Assembly (NCBI RefSeq): GCF_036321535.1
Contig: NC_087437.1
Span: forward strand, 49,664,001 to 49,728,000
Origin: Camelus dromedarius
Taxonomy: Eukaryota
DNA: 64,000 nucleotides
Reading direction: 5' to 3'
Below the pieces are notes generated by a model, which worked only from the letters and a program-made list of their open reading frames with translations, ran no database searches and was not told where the DNA came from. This document shows, piece by piece, positions 1 to 11,470 of this stretch. The translations under genes and the position numbers were made by a program. Positions within the stretch are counted from its first letter, which is position 1, and each line of letters begins with the position of its first letter.

Positions 1-554
1 TGCTGTGGGAATGCCCAGCCAGAGGGAGGGTGTGGTGACCAGGAGACTGTCACCAGGGCCCCAGCCATAGGAAGGGAGCTGGGGTGGGGGGAGCCTAGAG
101 GCTGTGGGAAGGCTGGGCTGACCTGGTCTTTGGAGAAGAGAGGATTGAGGGCTTTCTGGGGTGGAGGTTGAGGGGAGGCAGGGCAGAGAGATATCTCCTC
201 TTTCAGAGAAAAGTAATGACTCTTCAATCATGAACAGGATCAGCTTAGAGTAAGTTCTCCATGTTTCAGCATGGCCAGAGGCATCCTGGTTAATCAACTA
301 CAGTGCTTTTAACTAGGGTGATGGTGTGTGCCATATGTGCTGAACGCCTTTCTAGGGATTATAACACAATAACATAAGGTTAAAACTCAAACTGCACTAA
401 ATATAACTAAAGCTTTCTTTGATGATTCAGAAGGCCTTTATGATCCTGTGGTGCCTCGAGGTCACCATTATGTTTATCATCATCCTTGATGAGACAGGCA
501 GCTGAATAAAAATGCCAGATTTAAAGTTAGAGGCCTCACCCCCATTCTGCGTAC

Positions 555-670
555 CCACGTGGCCTTGGGCAGGAGACTTGACCTCTTGAGCTTCAGGGTC
601 CCATCAGCACTCCATCACAGGGCCGTCACAGTAGAAACCACGTGTGTAAAGAATACTGGTGTCACTATTA
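555..670 (+). mobile_element. MIR SINE fragment
   Basis: MIR core-like 'gtggccttgggcaggagacttgacctcttgagcttcag' followed by a degenerate 3' part. Confidence 0.55.
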
Positions 671-1389
671 CCATTACCATTAAGCTACCAGGACATCAGA
701 CTGCCAGCAAACAGAGAATTCTACCATGTGTTTTTTTCCAACACACTTCAAAGCAATTTACTCTAGTCTCCTTTTAAGGCAAACATGGCTTCTCTCGCAG
801 CAGGGATTACTGAGAAGTGATATTTACTCAAGGGCCAATAGGAACATTTAAACAGTGTTTTTAAATGGCAAAAATGGCACATATTTTGAGATAAAAATTG
901 TTTAAATTCCAATATTACAGAACAACATATTACAAAATAAAAGGCCCCTTCTGCCCACATTGTCTTATTCTTCCCCAGGGATAAGCCTATGTAGCTTTGT
1001 GTGTATGTGCGTGTGGGTATGTGTTAGACATAATTCCACTACTCATTGTTGTTCTATAACTTTGCTTTCTTTTTTTTCTCTTAACAACATATTTTGGGGA
1101 TCTTCTCATTCTTTTTCACAGCCACATCTGCGTGGCCTTTCATGATATGGGTGTGCTTTATCTTGTTTAACAATTGCCCTTTTGATGAACACAAGGTTAT
1201 TTCTAGTTTTTTTCTCTGGCAAACAATGCTGCAGTGAGCACAGGATGACAAATTTATGGACCACCTCAGTTGTAGCCATGCAGCAATTTTCACTACCTCA
1301 GATTGTTTTGACCCATACTTCATAAAACATTCTTAATCAATATGTCTCCCAAAAGAGATAGCATCAAATATGAGCAAAGCTAGTGATCT

Positions 1390-2475
1390 TTTTTAATGGT
1401 TCGGCGATTTCCAAATAAATGTATACACTTGTGTAGCCATCACCACCAAAGAGATTTACAACATTTACCTTACCCCCCAGAGTTCCCTTTTGTTCCTCTT
1501 TGAGGTATATATCCACCCTAGCTCTAGGCGATCACTGATAGGATTTCTGTCTCTAAAGTTTTGCTTTATCTAGAAATTTCATACAAATGGAATTATAATA
1601 TGTAACCTTTTGTGTCTGGCTTCTTTTACTTAGCAAAACATTTTTTGAGGTTCAACCATGTTGGTGAACCTGTTAGCTACTGCTGGGTAGTGTTCCATTA
1701 CATTAGATGTGCCCATTCTGTTTGCTCATTTGGATTGTTTCCAGTTTGAGGCTGTTTTTTAGTTTCAACCTGTTATGAATAATGATACTATGGACATTTG
1801 TGTCTAAGTTTTTGTATGGACATGTATTTTTCTTTCTCTTTGGTAAATACCTTGGAATTACTGGGTCTTATGATAGGTGTATGTTTAACTTTTTAAAGAG
1901 ACTGCCAAATTATTTTCCAAAGTGGTTATTTCATTTTACATTCCTACCAGCAATGAGTGAGGCTTCTGTTTCTCCACATCCTCACTAACACCTGGTGTTG
2001 TCAGTCTTTTTTATTACAGCTAACGTTTGTAGAGTGGTAGCACACTGTCATTTTAACTTGCATTTTCCTAATAGCTAATGATGTTGGACACTTTTTCATG
2101 TGCTCATTCACATGTATTCTATCATAAAATGCTTAATTAAATCTTTTGTCCTTTTGTTTAAACTGGGCCATTTGCCTTTTATCATTGTAAGTGTTCTTTA
2201 TATATTCTGACTATAAACCTTAGATATATATTTGTGTATTTATCCATATGATTTATATATACATGACAATATTACAAATATTTTCTCCCAAACTTTGACT
2301 TATTTTTTCATTTTCTTAGTGATGACTTTTGAAGAATGAAAGTATTTAATTTTGATGAAGTCTAAATGAGTCAATTTTTTCTATTATGGATTAAGTTTTG
2401 AGTGTCCTATCTAAGATATCTTTGCTTCACCCAAGGTCACAAAGATCTTCTCTTGTTTCCTTCCAGGGGTTTTAT
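1390..2475 (-). mobile_element. Old L1 (L1MB/MC-like): 3' UTR plus end of ORF2
   Basis: Antisense L1 motifs: 'tgtagccatcaccacc', 'aaatggaattataatatgtaaccttttgtgtctggcttcttttacttagc', 'attttccaaagtggtt...ttcctaccagcaatg', 'ttttgatgaagtctaa'. Confidence 0.85.
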
Positions 2476-4084
2476 AAAAACAAGATGATTTGATAAGTTA
2501 TTTCAAAGGTTAGATGAAGCTAATGTTCTCTATAGGCCTGTCTAGGCTGAAATCATTGTGTCCATGACGTCATGTCTACACGGGAGGTCTTTTCTACCTT
2601 TTCAGGGTAGTTTTCACAGGTTGGCTAGATTGTGCACCCTCAGAATCAACTAAAGTGTCCCTAATTACTGACCCCTCAAAATCTTTTCCCAAGGACAAAT
2701 GTGAGATTGTGTTCATTTAGAAGAATCTGGAAAGGTTTCTTTTGAGGAGGTCATACTGATTTCCTATGCCATAAATAGGATGTTCTCGTGTGTATTTCAT
2801 TTAGCAAGTGTAGGGCAATATCTCTCAAAACCAAAGCAGCAGAGAGCCATTTCCTATTACCAATGGTTTTGACATGGACGTAGTTCTGCTTGCTTCTCTT
2901 TATTCCTAGTAGCTCATTTCCCCCCTCTAGATACTGAGGCTATTATTAGCCTTTAACAAGAGCTACATTGCTCTTCATTATTAGGAGACCTTGAATCTCA
3001 TTTCTTTCAAATGGAACAAAGCAAATACAGGTCCTCCTTCCTTATTTGAGACACTCAGGGCTTGAAATGGTTTAAAATGCCTAGGGTTTTTTTTTTTTTT
3101 TTTTAATCTTAGAAAGATAAAACAATAACTATTCTGCATGAATATAATTTCTCCAGAGTCAAGATTACTAGTATCTCCTCATATGGGCTTATTAATATTT
3201 TTAAACATAGCAAATATTTACAATATGTGAAATAAAGACCATAAATAGCTTCAATCAGTTCAGATTTTCTACTACTTAAATTCAGATCTGGTTAGTTTGG
3301 GGGGCAAATGAGTTATAAAAAGAAAAAAAAAAAAAGACCTTTCCATTTAGAGCATTTTGGGGATCTGAACTGAGAGGAAAGGCTAGTGGATTTGTACTGC
3401 CTTTCCTGAGAGCACCCTCCACCAGCTGATCCTCATGGCATGCCCCGTTCCTTAGCCTCCGTTGATAATGCCTGGTTCTGCATTTGGAGTCACTGTGAGT
3501 GGCTGTCACGATTCAGGAGACTTGGGAAAGCATGGACTTCGGTGAGCCTTGGTGTGGTTTTCAGCCTGTAAGAGTTTTCTGACTGAACATTTTAAAGAGA
3601 GATAATTTCCACTGTATACAGGGTTTAGATTGTTTTCTAGTGGGGAAGGTATTTTGCCATTCGAAATCAATATATGCTTTAAAAAATACTTCCTCATCTC
3701 CACTAATTCTAGGGCACTAATTCTATCTGTCTCATGGCACTGGCTCTCAGAGGCAGATGCCCAATGAAGATCTGTTATCTAGGGGGCCTGGATTCCTGGC
3801 TTGGGGTGAAATTATATCCTATAAAATGGAATTGAATCAAGCTGTGATATATTTGAATCCCATTGAGAGCTAGATTATATGGTCAATGGCAGCTCAGAAG
3901 CACGTTTTAATCACTGAGCACTGTGGTGCTGGCCTGACAGCCCTTGTGGGAATCATTGGCCCATGTTCCTGGGGAAAAGGAGAGCCTCCTTGGTACCCGT
4001 GACTTCTTACTCCATGAATAGGAAGCAGCTTAGCAATTCATCTAATGACACTTTATGAAAAAAATGACAGAAGCAGGACATACT

Positions 4085-4540
4085 CGTCGTAACATATTTA
4101 TCCCAGTAAGTTATATACAAAAGGTTCCATAAGCGTATAGAGTAAAAATGTAAAAGCCGTTCAATGCCACGTTCCCACCCGATTCCTGCCACATCTCTTC
4201 AAGAGGTCACCACTGGTAGTAATTTGGTATGTGTCTCTCTAGGCCCTTTCGTTTCTAGCCATGTACGTGCACACACGAACACACTTGCACAGTCATTTTT
4301 AGAAACAAATGGATTGTATTCTTCAAATTGTCTGTCACTTGCTTTTCTTAACCATCTGTCAGAGGCATCTTTCCTTGACACTTCTATTCCTTTGATGGCT
4401 GCAGTGCACTATCAAGAATTTGAAAAACATGTAGGCAGTTTTTTTGGATTGTTACAAACTATGTTTCAGTGACATTCTTTATCCATATATTTTTGTGCAT
4501 ACATGTATTTTTATGGAGTAGATTGTAAAATTTTCATGGT
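4085..4540 (-). mobile_element. Ancient L1 (L1ME-like) 3' fragment
   Basis: 'agaggtcaccactggtagtaatttgg', 'gatggctgcagtgcact', 'tgttacaaactatgtttcagtgacattc' resemble an antisense L1ME 3' region. Confidence 0.55.
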
Positions 4541-5034
4541 TTTTGGTATATCTCCAAGGTCTTACTCCCAATGACTGCTTTTGGTCTGAATTTCAGCATT
4601 CTCCCCTGTCTGTCTATTGTTCTTTTAGAAACTCACTGAGGCACTGCTTTGCCAGTGGACAAAGTTGTCTTTGTTGGACACATGGATGTCTCTTAGGGTG
4701 AGGATGGGGGACGGTCAAAGAGGAGGATGGTTTATCTTACAACTTTTGATACTTTTGATTTTGCCTGCTAGCTTAATGTCATTTAAAAAACTTTCCTCCC
4801 AGCTATAGGTCAGGACAGATAAAATGAGAGCTTGCCTTCAGCTGCATAAATTGTTACAACCTTTTTGGAGAACTCTTGACAATATCTACTAAAATTTAAA
4901 ATGTTCATACCTTGAGATACTACAATTCTGTTGCTATAGGATACCTTGGAAATAACTGTATTTTGAGACTCAAAAGATTTTGTTCAGACATGAACCTCAG
5001 AAGCTTTTATGAATATTTTTATTTCAATAGTTCC

Positions 5035-5383
5035 TGCAATGGAATGAAATTCATATGTTGAAATCCTAACCCTCAATGTGCTGCTGTTAGAAGTTGTGGG
5101 CTTTGGGAGGTAATTGTATCAAAAGGGTCGAACTCTCATGAGTGTGATTAGTGTCCTTATAAAAGCCACCTGGGAGAGCTCTCTTCCCCTCTCTTTGCAC
5201 CAAGTGAGGATACAACAAGAAGTCAGCTGTCTGCAACCTGGAAGAGTGCCCACACCAGAACTGACCACCCGGGCACCCTGATCTCAGGCTTCCAGTCTCT
5301 CAAACTGTGAGAAGTAAATTTCACATTGTGGAGAGGCCTCCCAGTATTTACAGTATTCTCTTCTGGCAGCCCAAACTGACTAC
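5035..5383 (+). mobile_element. MaLR solo LTR (MLT1A-like)
   Basis: 'aaattcatatgttgaaatcctaaccctcaatgtg', 'gattagtgtccttataaaag', 'gcaccctgatctcaggcttccagtctccaaactgtgagaagtaaattt', ending 'gcagcccaaactgacta'. Confidence 0.85.
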
Positions 5384-6729
5384 CTTTCATGCAAATGCTA
5401 CAAAACCTTTACAGAAATCAATTTGTTAATTTACAGAATCATAAATTTTCAGAGCCCTAGAGTTTAAAGCTGTAAGGACCTTTGGACATTATAAAATGAG
5501 AGAATTGGATAAGATGATCTCAAATTTTCCCTTTAACTCTCGTGGTTCTCTGGTCCCGGGGAAAAGGCAGAATGATGACAGTGATGGGTGTAGTACTCAT
5601 GGGGAAGCCTTTTCATTTAGGACAGGGCCTTTTATTGCTTTTATTCCTAAGGCAGAGATTTTTTTTTCACTCCATTTTGTTTTTACTATTGTATGTAAAT
5701 ATTCCCCTTGGTTTTAAAAATCCTTTGACCTGGCCTTTTGTTTTTAAATTTTTTCAAAATTTTTACTAACAAAAGTCAATTAAGAAACAGATTGTCCTTT
5801 TGAATACGAAGAATGGTTATTTGCTAGCTTTTAAATGTAAATATGCAGTATTTTTCCTGTGGAGTTGAAGCTACCAGTGTCATTGGAGACCGTCCAGCAC
5901 AGCCATTGTAGTAGGAATTATGGATCCAGAGGTCAGATAGAGTCCTTGTCCTCAAGGAGATTATAGTTTAAGAAGTCAAACTTTTTTTTTAATCCAGTGG
6001 TGCTAGGGCAGAAATAGGGTCAAATTGAGAAAGTCCCTGCAGGTAGCTTTTAGCACGATTTAAATGTAACCCAAATAAACCTGAACTTTCTTAGCTTTGA
6101 GTATGAGGCTAATAATACATGAGGTCTTCTTCAGGTTGTGGGTCAAATCATGACTCTTTACGGCCCCTTACATGATTGTAGGACCCCCAACTCCCCGCAC
6201 TACCTCCTTCAGTTTCCAGAGTGGGAACCAGTTCACGCACGCTTTCCCAGCCTGGTAACCCGTTGTCCCCTTGCCCTTGGCCTGGCTGCAGGTCCCCATG
6301 ACAACACTGCTTCACTGGCACCGGGGTCGTTGCTGAGCTTTCAGGGCTCCAAAGAGGTGCCTAGTCTGTGGCAGAGCTGGGTGGGGGATGGCGCTTTGTC
6401 CCCTGGGCCCCCAGCTGCACTGCCTGTGCTTTGAATGGCCCAGTGAGTGACTCTCATGAGAGAATGTTCTTCAGATTCTCACTCCAAAATCTCCCTCATC
6501 ATAGTAGGTCTAAACCAGTGCCTTAGGCTGAGTGAGGGAGGGGTGGACTGAAATCATGCTGACTTTTCAGTGTCTCTGCCTGTTTTCCCCCATTTTTCCT
6601 CTCCAGTCCCTTACAAGACTATTACTCTCCCCTGGAGAGAAAACACAAATTCTCCAGGCACATAGCCTCAGGCCAATAGACACCCAGGAACAGAACCAGC
6701 CCACCAGCTTCCCAGAACTCCCTGACCCT

Positions 6730-6830
6730 GACACAGACCGTGTCTTGTTTGACTTTGTATCCCTAGTGTCAGCTCAGCACGTGCCACAAAAATGACCCTT
6801 TAATCTTTATTGAATTAATGAATCAATGTT
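6730..6830 (+). mobile_element. L2 3' end
   Basis: 'gaccgtgtcttgtttgactttgtatccctagtg...ttgaattaatgaatcaatg' matches the L2 terminus pattern. Confidence 0.6.
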
Positions 6831-7767
6831 TGTTAAAAGGGGGGATTTAAATATAATCTAAGGAGATGGAACAGACTTCATGGTCACGCACATGGGAGAG
6901 GGCAGTGTATGTTGTTTCAGAATTAATGATTTCGTGATTTGTGCTGCCCTGTCCCTGTATTCTCACACTGTTGGCTTTGGGACCAAAGGATGTCTTTGCA
7001 AGACATCTGGCCAGGACTAAAGCTATATATTGCCTGTATCTGTAAAGTAGTTTTAAAAGATTACAGCATTTATTAAGAAAAATATGTGCAGTTTAAGTGC
7101 AAAACAACTGTGCTAGGCACTAGGAACTTACCAGCCTATGGAGAGCAGTGAACACATGGGTAAAAGGAGACAGGGAAACAGGGCGGGGAATAGGGAGGCT
7201 AGGGCCAAGAGGAAGCATAGAGAGACGGGGGAGGCAGGGCAAGTAGTGACGGAGGACTCAGAGCTCCTGACCCTCTAAGTTCCGGGTTCTAACACCAACA
7301 CTGAGGTGAGCAAGTTCACTTTGAGTTTTATTTTTAAAATGGATTTTTGTTTTTGGGAATATGTAATAGATTCACATGATTTGACAATTAAAAAGTTCTC
7401 ACAGTAAAAATATCTTTCTTCCACCCATTTCTTCTAGTCACCTGGCTCCTGGAGGGACATTTTATATCCCTCAATGCAAATTTACCTCAGATGGGAGACA
7501 AAGAGAAGGTATAGAGAAACTTTCAAAGTTTTTAGTCCCTTAGGCAAGGTCAAAGCTGACTGACTTGTTTTGGAAAAGATTTGTAATCTTGGTCTCATTA
7601 GTCTTACCTTCTGACATACTGAGCTTATTAGCCTGGACAGGAGCCCCTCATTGCTCACAAGCCAGCAAACCTTCAGAGGTCTTGCCCTCCACTTTAAAAT
7701 ACTTCAGAAACATTTGAATCTGGTGGTTGGGTTCCGAGGACGCTGTGACCGTGCCGGGGACCTCCCC

Positions 7768-7863
7768 ATGGTGGTCCAGAAGCAAGTCAGAGCCAAAGGC
7801 CAGGAGGGAGAGGGGAACTGAAACACCAGGAGACCAAGTGGACACAGCCTGGGCTCCAGGCAG
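7768..7863 (+). pseudogene. Candidate first coding segment of a disabled spliced gene (MVVQKQVRAKGQEGEGN*NTRRPSGHSLGSRQ)
   Basis: ATG at 7768 is exactly 32 codons before a strong donor CAG|gtaagc (phase 0), which fits the phase-0 exon at 14796. In-frame TGA at 7819-7821. The upstream acceptor and start context are weak. Confidence 0.25.
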
Positions 7864-8399
7864 GTAAGCGGACAAGTGTGCGTGTCCAGATTATCTTAAA
7901 GGGTCAGAGGTCAGCAGGGCAAATATACTTTCAACAGTGACTTCAACCAGTGAAAGAGCTAAGAGAACCCGAGCCACTCCCAAGCGATAGAACACCTGGG
8001 TATTTCTGTGTGACCAAAAACACCTTTCAGGCTTCAGTCAAGCTTTTAGCTGATTTTATGCAGTAGTGTAGAAAAATGATCGATTAGAAGAAGGATTGAC
8101 ATTGGCAGCAAGAAGTGAGTGATACTCATGCGTTTTCTTCTTTCAGTGAATACTTTCCTTCTCCTCTTTCTATGTGATATGATATTTTATTAATTGCTGT
8201 TTGCCCTGGGTTTACTTAGCTATTTAGTACAAATACAAATTTGTTTAGATATGTGGAAACCTGATTGTATTTTGATTTTTCAATTAAATGTTTAAATGTT
8301 TACTGTTTACTTCAGTTAAAAAAAACCCTATGTTCTTGCCCTCAAGTCACTTCCAGGATTACCCTCTACCTTTTCTTCCCGGCATTTACCACGTTTGTG

Positions 8400-8565
8400 G
8401 GTAGCTAATTTTGGTTTCATTTCTGTTTTCCTTACTAGACAGTAAGAGCACTCAGGGCAGAACCACGTTGGTCGCTCATTTTTTATTTCTAGTACGTTGC
8501 ACAGTGTCTGGCACTCACTATGGCATGCCATAGGCATTTAATATGTGCCAAATGACTAAATGAAG
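8400..8565 (+). mobile_element. L2 3' end
   Basis: 'actagacagtaagagcactcagggcag...cacagtgtctggcac...taggcatttaatatgtgccaaatgactaaatgaa'. Confidence 0.7.
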
Positions 8566-9189
8566 GAGATCAGATAAGGCTGAACCAGTAAGCAACACCT
8601 TGTGAGAGGCGGCCCTGGGCGTTACCGGAGTGCGGAGCAGAGGCTGCAGGGGAGGTTTCCTAGAGGTGGGCTGTCTGGCCGGGTCTTAGCCAGGTGAGGA
8701 AGGGTGCCAGAGCCCGAAAGAGAGAGGGGGGATGTTGGAAGTGGCCACTCATTTGATATTGGCTGTATTGTGCCGCTTCCTGCGGTGAACAGGAGAGTCA
8801 GGACGCTGGGGTTGCTGTGGCAACAGGCTGAAGTTCAGATTGAGGAGCCGGGGAGGCTGTGTTGCGACCCTGCTGAGGAGACCTGAGTGGTAATCTGGCA
8901 CCCTCTTTCAGCTTTGAATCTCTCTCCCTCTTCCCCCCTCACTTCTCCCCAGCACTTCTTAGAGGAGTGTTCTGTCCCTGCTGTCTCCTTTTTACCTCCT
9001 TTCATTCACCTCTTAACCCGGCAAGAGGGCTCCCACGCCTCCCATTCCGGACCCCACGGCTCCCTCTGCCCACACCTCATGCTCATGCTGCTCTCGCCGA
9101 AGTCAATGGTGACCTCCTCATCCCATTGTGATTTTCCGACTTTGTTCTGTGGGACCTCTTTCCCCCTATATGCCCTTTAAAATACGTTT

Positions 9190-9480
9190 TGAACAGATGA
9201 TTCATTTATGGCTCAAGCTCTGAGAGCATGAAGAGGAGTGGCTTGGACAATCTCTTTCCTGTCCCTGTTTCTCACTTTTCCAAGGGCAGCCACTGCTCTT
9301 AGTTTCTTACATACCCTTCTAGAGATTCGTTATGCACGTCTTAGCAAATACAATTTTACTTGCACTTAATGACGAATAAGAATATAAGTTCTCCCCTTCT
9401 TAACACAAACAATAGAAAGTATCCACGCTGTTTGGCTTGGTGCTTTTTTTATTCAATAAATGAAAACAATCCACGTGCAT
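9190..9480 (-). mobile_element. L1ME-like fragment inside L2 remnants
   Basis: 'ggcagccactgctcttagtttcttacatacccttctagaga...gtgcttttttt attcaataa'. Confidence 0.5.
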
Positions 9481-9609
9481 AGAGATTGGATTTCACATCT
9501 GACACTCACCTCGCTCCAAACTGACATACTCATTACTGCTTATAGTTGCTTCTCCACTTCTCTTCTTTGACTTGGTCGGCAGTAGTGATGGTGGGGAGGG
9601 GTTATGGCC

Positions 9610-9955
9610 ACTTATTTAGTCACTTAAGCCAGAATCCTGGGAGTCCTATTTGACCATTGCCCCAGTATTATTCAGAAAATCCACAAGCCCACCGTCTCCT
9701 CCTCCTCACTCCTACCACCATCGCCTGAATCCAAGACCTTTGTCCTTCAGGACCCTGTACCGACAGACTCCTCTTGACTCACCCAGCTGCTCTTTATTCC
9801 CGTAGCATCTTACATGGACCCAAATCACTGAACTCACCCGTACAACTGATTTGTCTGTTCTCTCACTAGACTGTGGGCCTTTGAGGGCACAGATGAGTTT
9901 AATTCATTTTTTTACCCATGGGGACATAACGAATGCTGGATAAACAAATAAATTG
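9610..9955 (+). mobile_element. L2 fragment
   Basis: 'cacttaagccagaatcctgggagtc', 'tgtctgttctctcactagactgtgggcctttgagggcacaga'. Confidence 0.6.
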
Positions 9956-10129
9956 AAAAAACAGGCGGTATTCAGGGAAACGTTTACTTAATAAACATCT
10001 GAAAGCCATGGTGACTGTTAATATGTATTGGAGCAGTGAGGTGTCTCAAAGGGCCTTGATTTTTGATGCAACAAGCATCAGTGATCTCAGCCAAAGATTA
10101 GGCTTTCATTATATTTATATATCAGCCAA

Positions 10130-10560
10130 TGCTTAGATAGTCTAGAGAAGTAAGTTTGGAGAGTTATCATCACCCAGGGTGGCTGAAGTCAAGGTGTAAT
10201 GAGATATCACCTAAAGATAATCTACAGCGAGAAGAAGAATGAACAGGGTCCCAGATGACTATCACTTAGTGTGTGGGAGACAGGAGAAGAGTGAGTGACA
10301 AGTGGAGGACAAAAGACAGGAGCATTGTCCTGGGATCCCAAGGAACAAAGGGTTTCAAGCAGATGGTGTAGGGGTCAGACAGTGTGAACTGCTGCCAAAA
10401 TGTCCAGCAAGATGAGGATAGAGAGGTAACTATTGAATATACCAACTGGGAGATCTCTGGTGATCATGGCAATGCCAATTTCAGTGCACTGGTGGGTCAA
10501 GAGGTGACCCTAAGGGTGGGAAAGGGGAGGCCAGGGATGTAGAAGGTGCTTCCTAGAGAA
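10130..10560 (-). mobile_element. L2 fragment
   Basis: 'gtttggagagttatcatc', 'gtccagcaagatgaggatagagagg', 'ggtgatcatggcaatgccaatttcagtg' are typical of antisense L2. Confidence 0.65.
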
Positions 10561-10854
10561 GAAGCACGTAGCTATAAGGGTATGTCAGGGCATGGAGAGC
10601 CAATGCAGGGTTTTACTTTTAAACTTTTTTTCAAATTAAATGTAGAGTACACGTTCACTGCAGAATATTAGGGCAGTACAGGAAGGTATTAAAAAGCCAA
10701 AAAGATGATTCATAACCCCACCACTCTAATTCAAGCACTGCTGCCATTTTTTTTTTTTTTTTTTGCTGTTCCTGTCCAGTCTCCTCTGTGTAGTTTAACT
10801 CAGTTGAGAAGAGACCAAATGAGTGACTGCAGGCTCTTTCCCCTGTACAGAGAA

Positions 10855-10955
10855 CTGGCTCCAGCGTGTGTCCCTGTGTTAATCACCAGGGTCGATTTGG
10901 CTGATCTAATTGGGCAGACCCCTCTCCTCCCTCACTGCTCCCTGGGTGTTTCTCC
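10855..10955 (+). pseudogene. Decayed 7SK snRNA (RN7SK) retro-pseudogene, 5' part
   Basis: 'ttaatcaccagggtcgatttggctgatct...cccctctcctccctcactgctcc' aligns by eye to 7SK 'TTGATCGCCAGGGTTGATTCGGCTGATCT...CCCCTTCCTCCCTCACCGCTCC'. Truncated and diverged. Confidence 0.8.
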
Positions 10956-10989
10956 ATATGGAGTAATTTGATTAGACAGAAATAAAACT

Positions 10990-11090
10990 TCTCACTCATT
11001 CACTCAATAAATATTTATTAGTTGTCCGCCACATGCACTGTGTCAGTTGCCGAAGGCTGGGACAGTGAGGCAGACAGGCACATCGCCTCC
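10990..11090 (-). mobile_element. L2 3' end
   Basis: 'cattcactcaataaatatttattagttgtc...gcactgtgtcag'. Confidence 0.6.
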
Positions 11091-11199
11091 TGATGTTCGA
11101 ACAGTGTCATTGGCAGAGGGACGTCACTTCATCCTCTGGTAGCAGGTACTGCACTCACTTGCTAGGCCTTACGGACGAGCTTTCAATCTGTTTATATAA

Positions 11200-11470
11200 C
11201 TTTCTCACTTGATAATTCCCCCAACATTGAAAGCTCTTCAGAAAAGTTACTCTTAATGGTTGATATTAAATACTTAGTTTTTCTTTTCCTATTTCCCCTC
11301 GTAACAATGCTGCCATAAATATTTTTGAAATTAAGCTTGGTCCATATTTTGTACTATTTTCCTCGAACTGATTCCTAGAGGAGAGATTTATCTAGTCAAA
11401 AGATCTGAACATTTTTAAGGCACTTAGATAACCCATTGCCAAATTGTTTTTCAGAAAACACCTACTAATT
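11200..11470 (-). mobile_element. L1ME-like fragment
   Basis: 'aacaatgctgccataaatattttt', 'attcctagaggagag', 'attgccaaattgtttttcagaaaa'. Confidence 0.6.
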
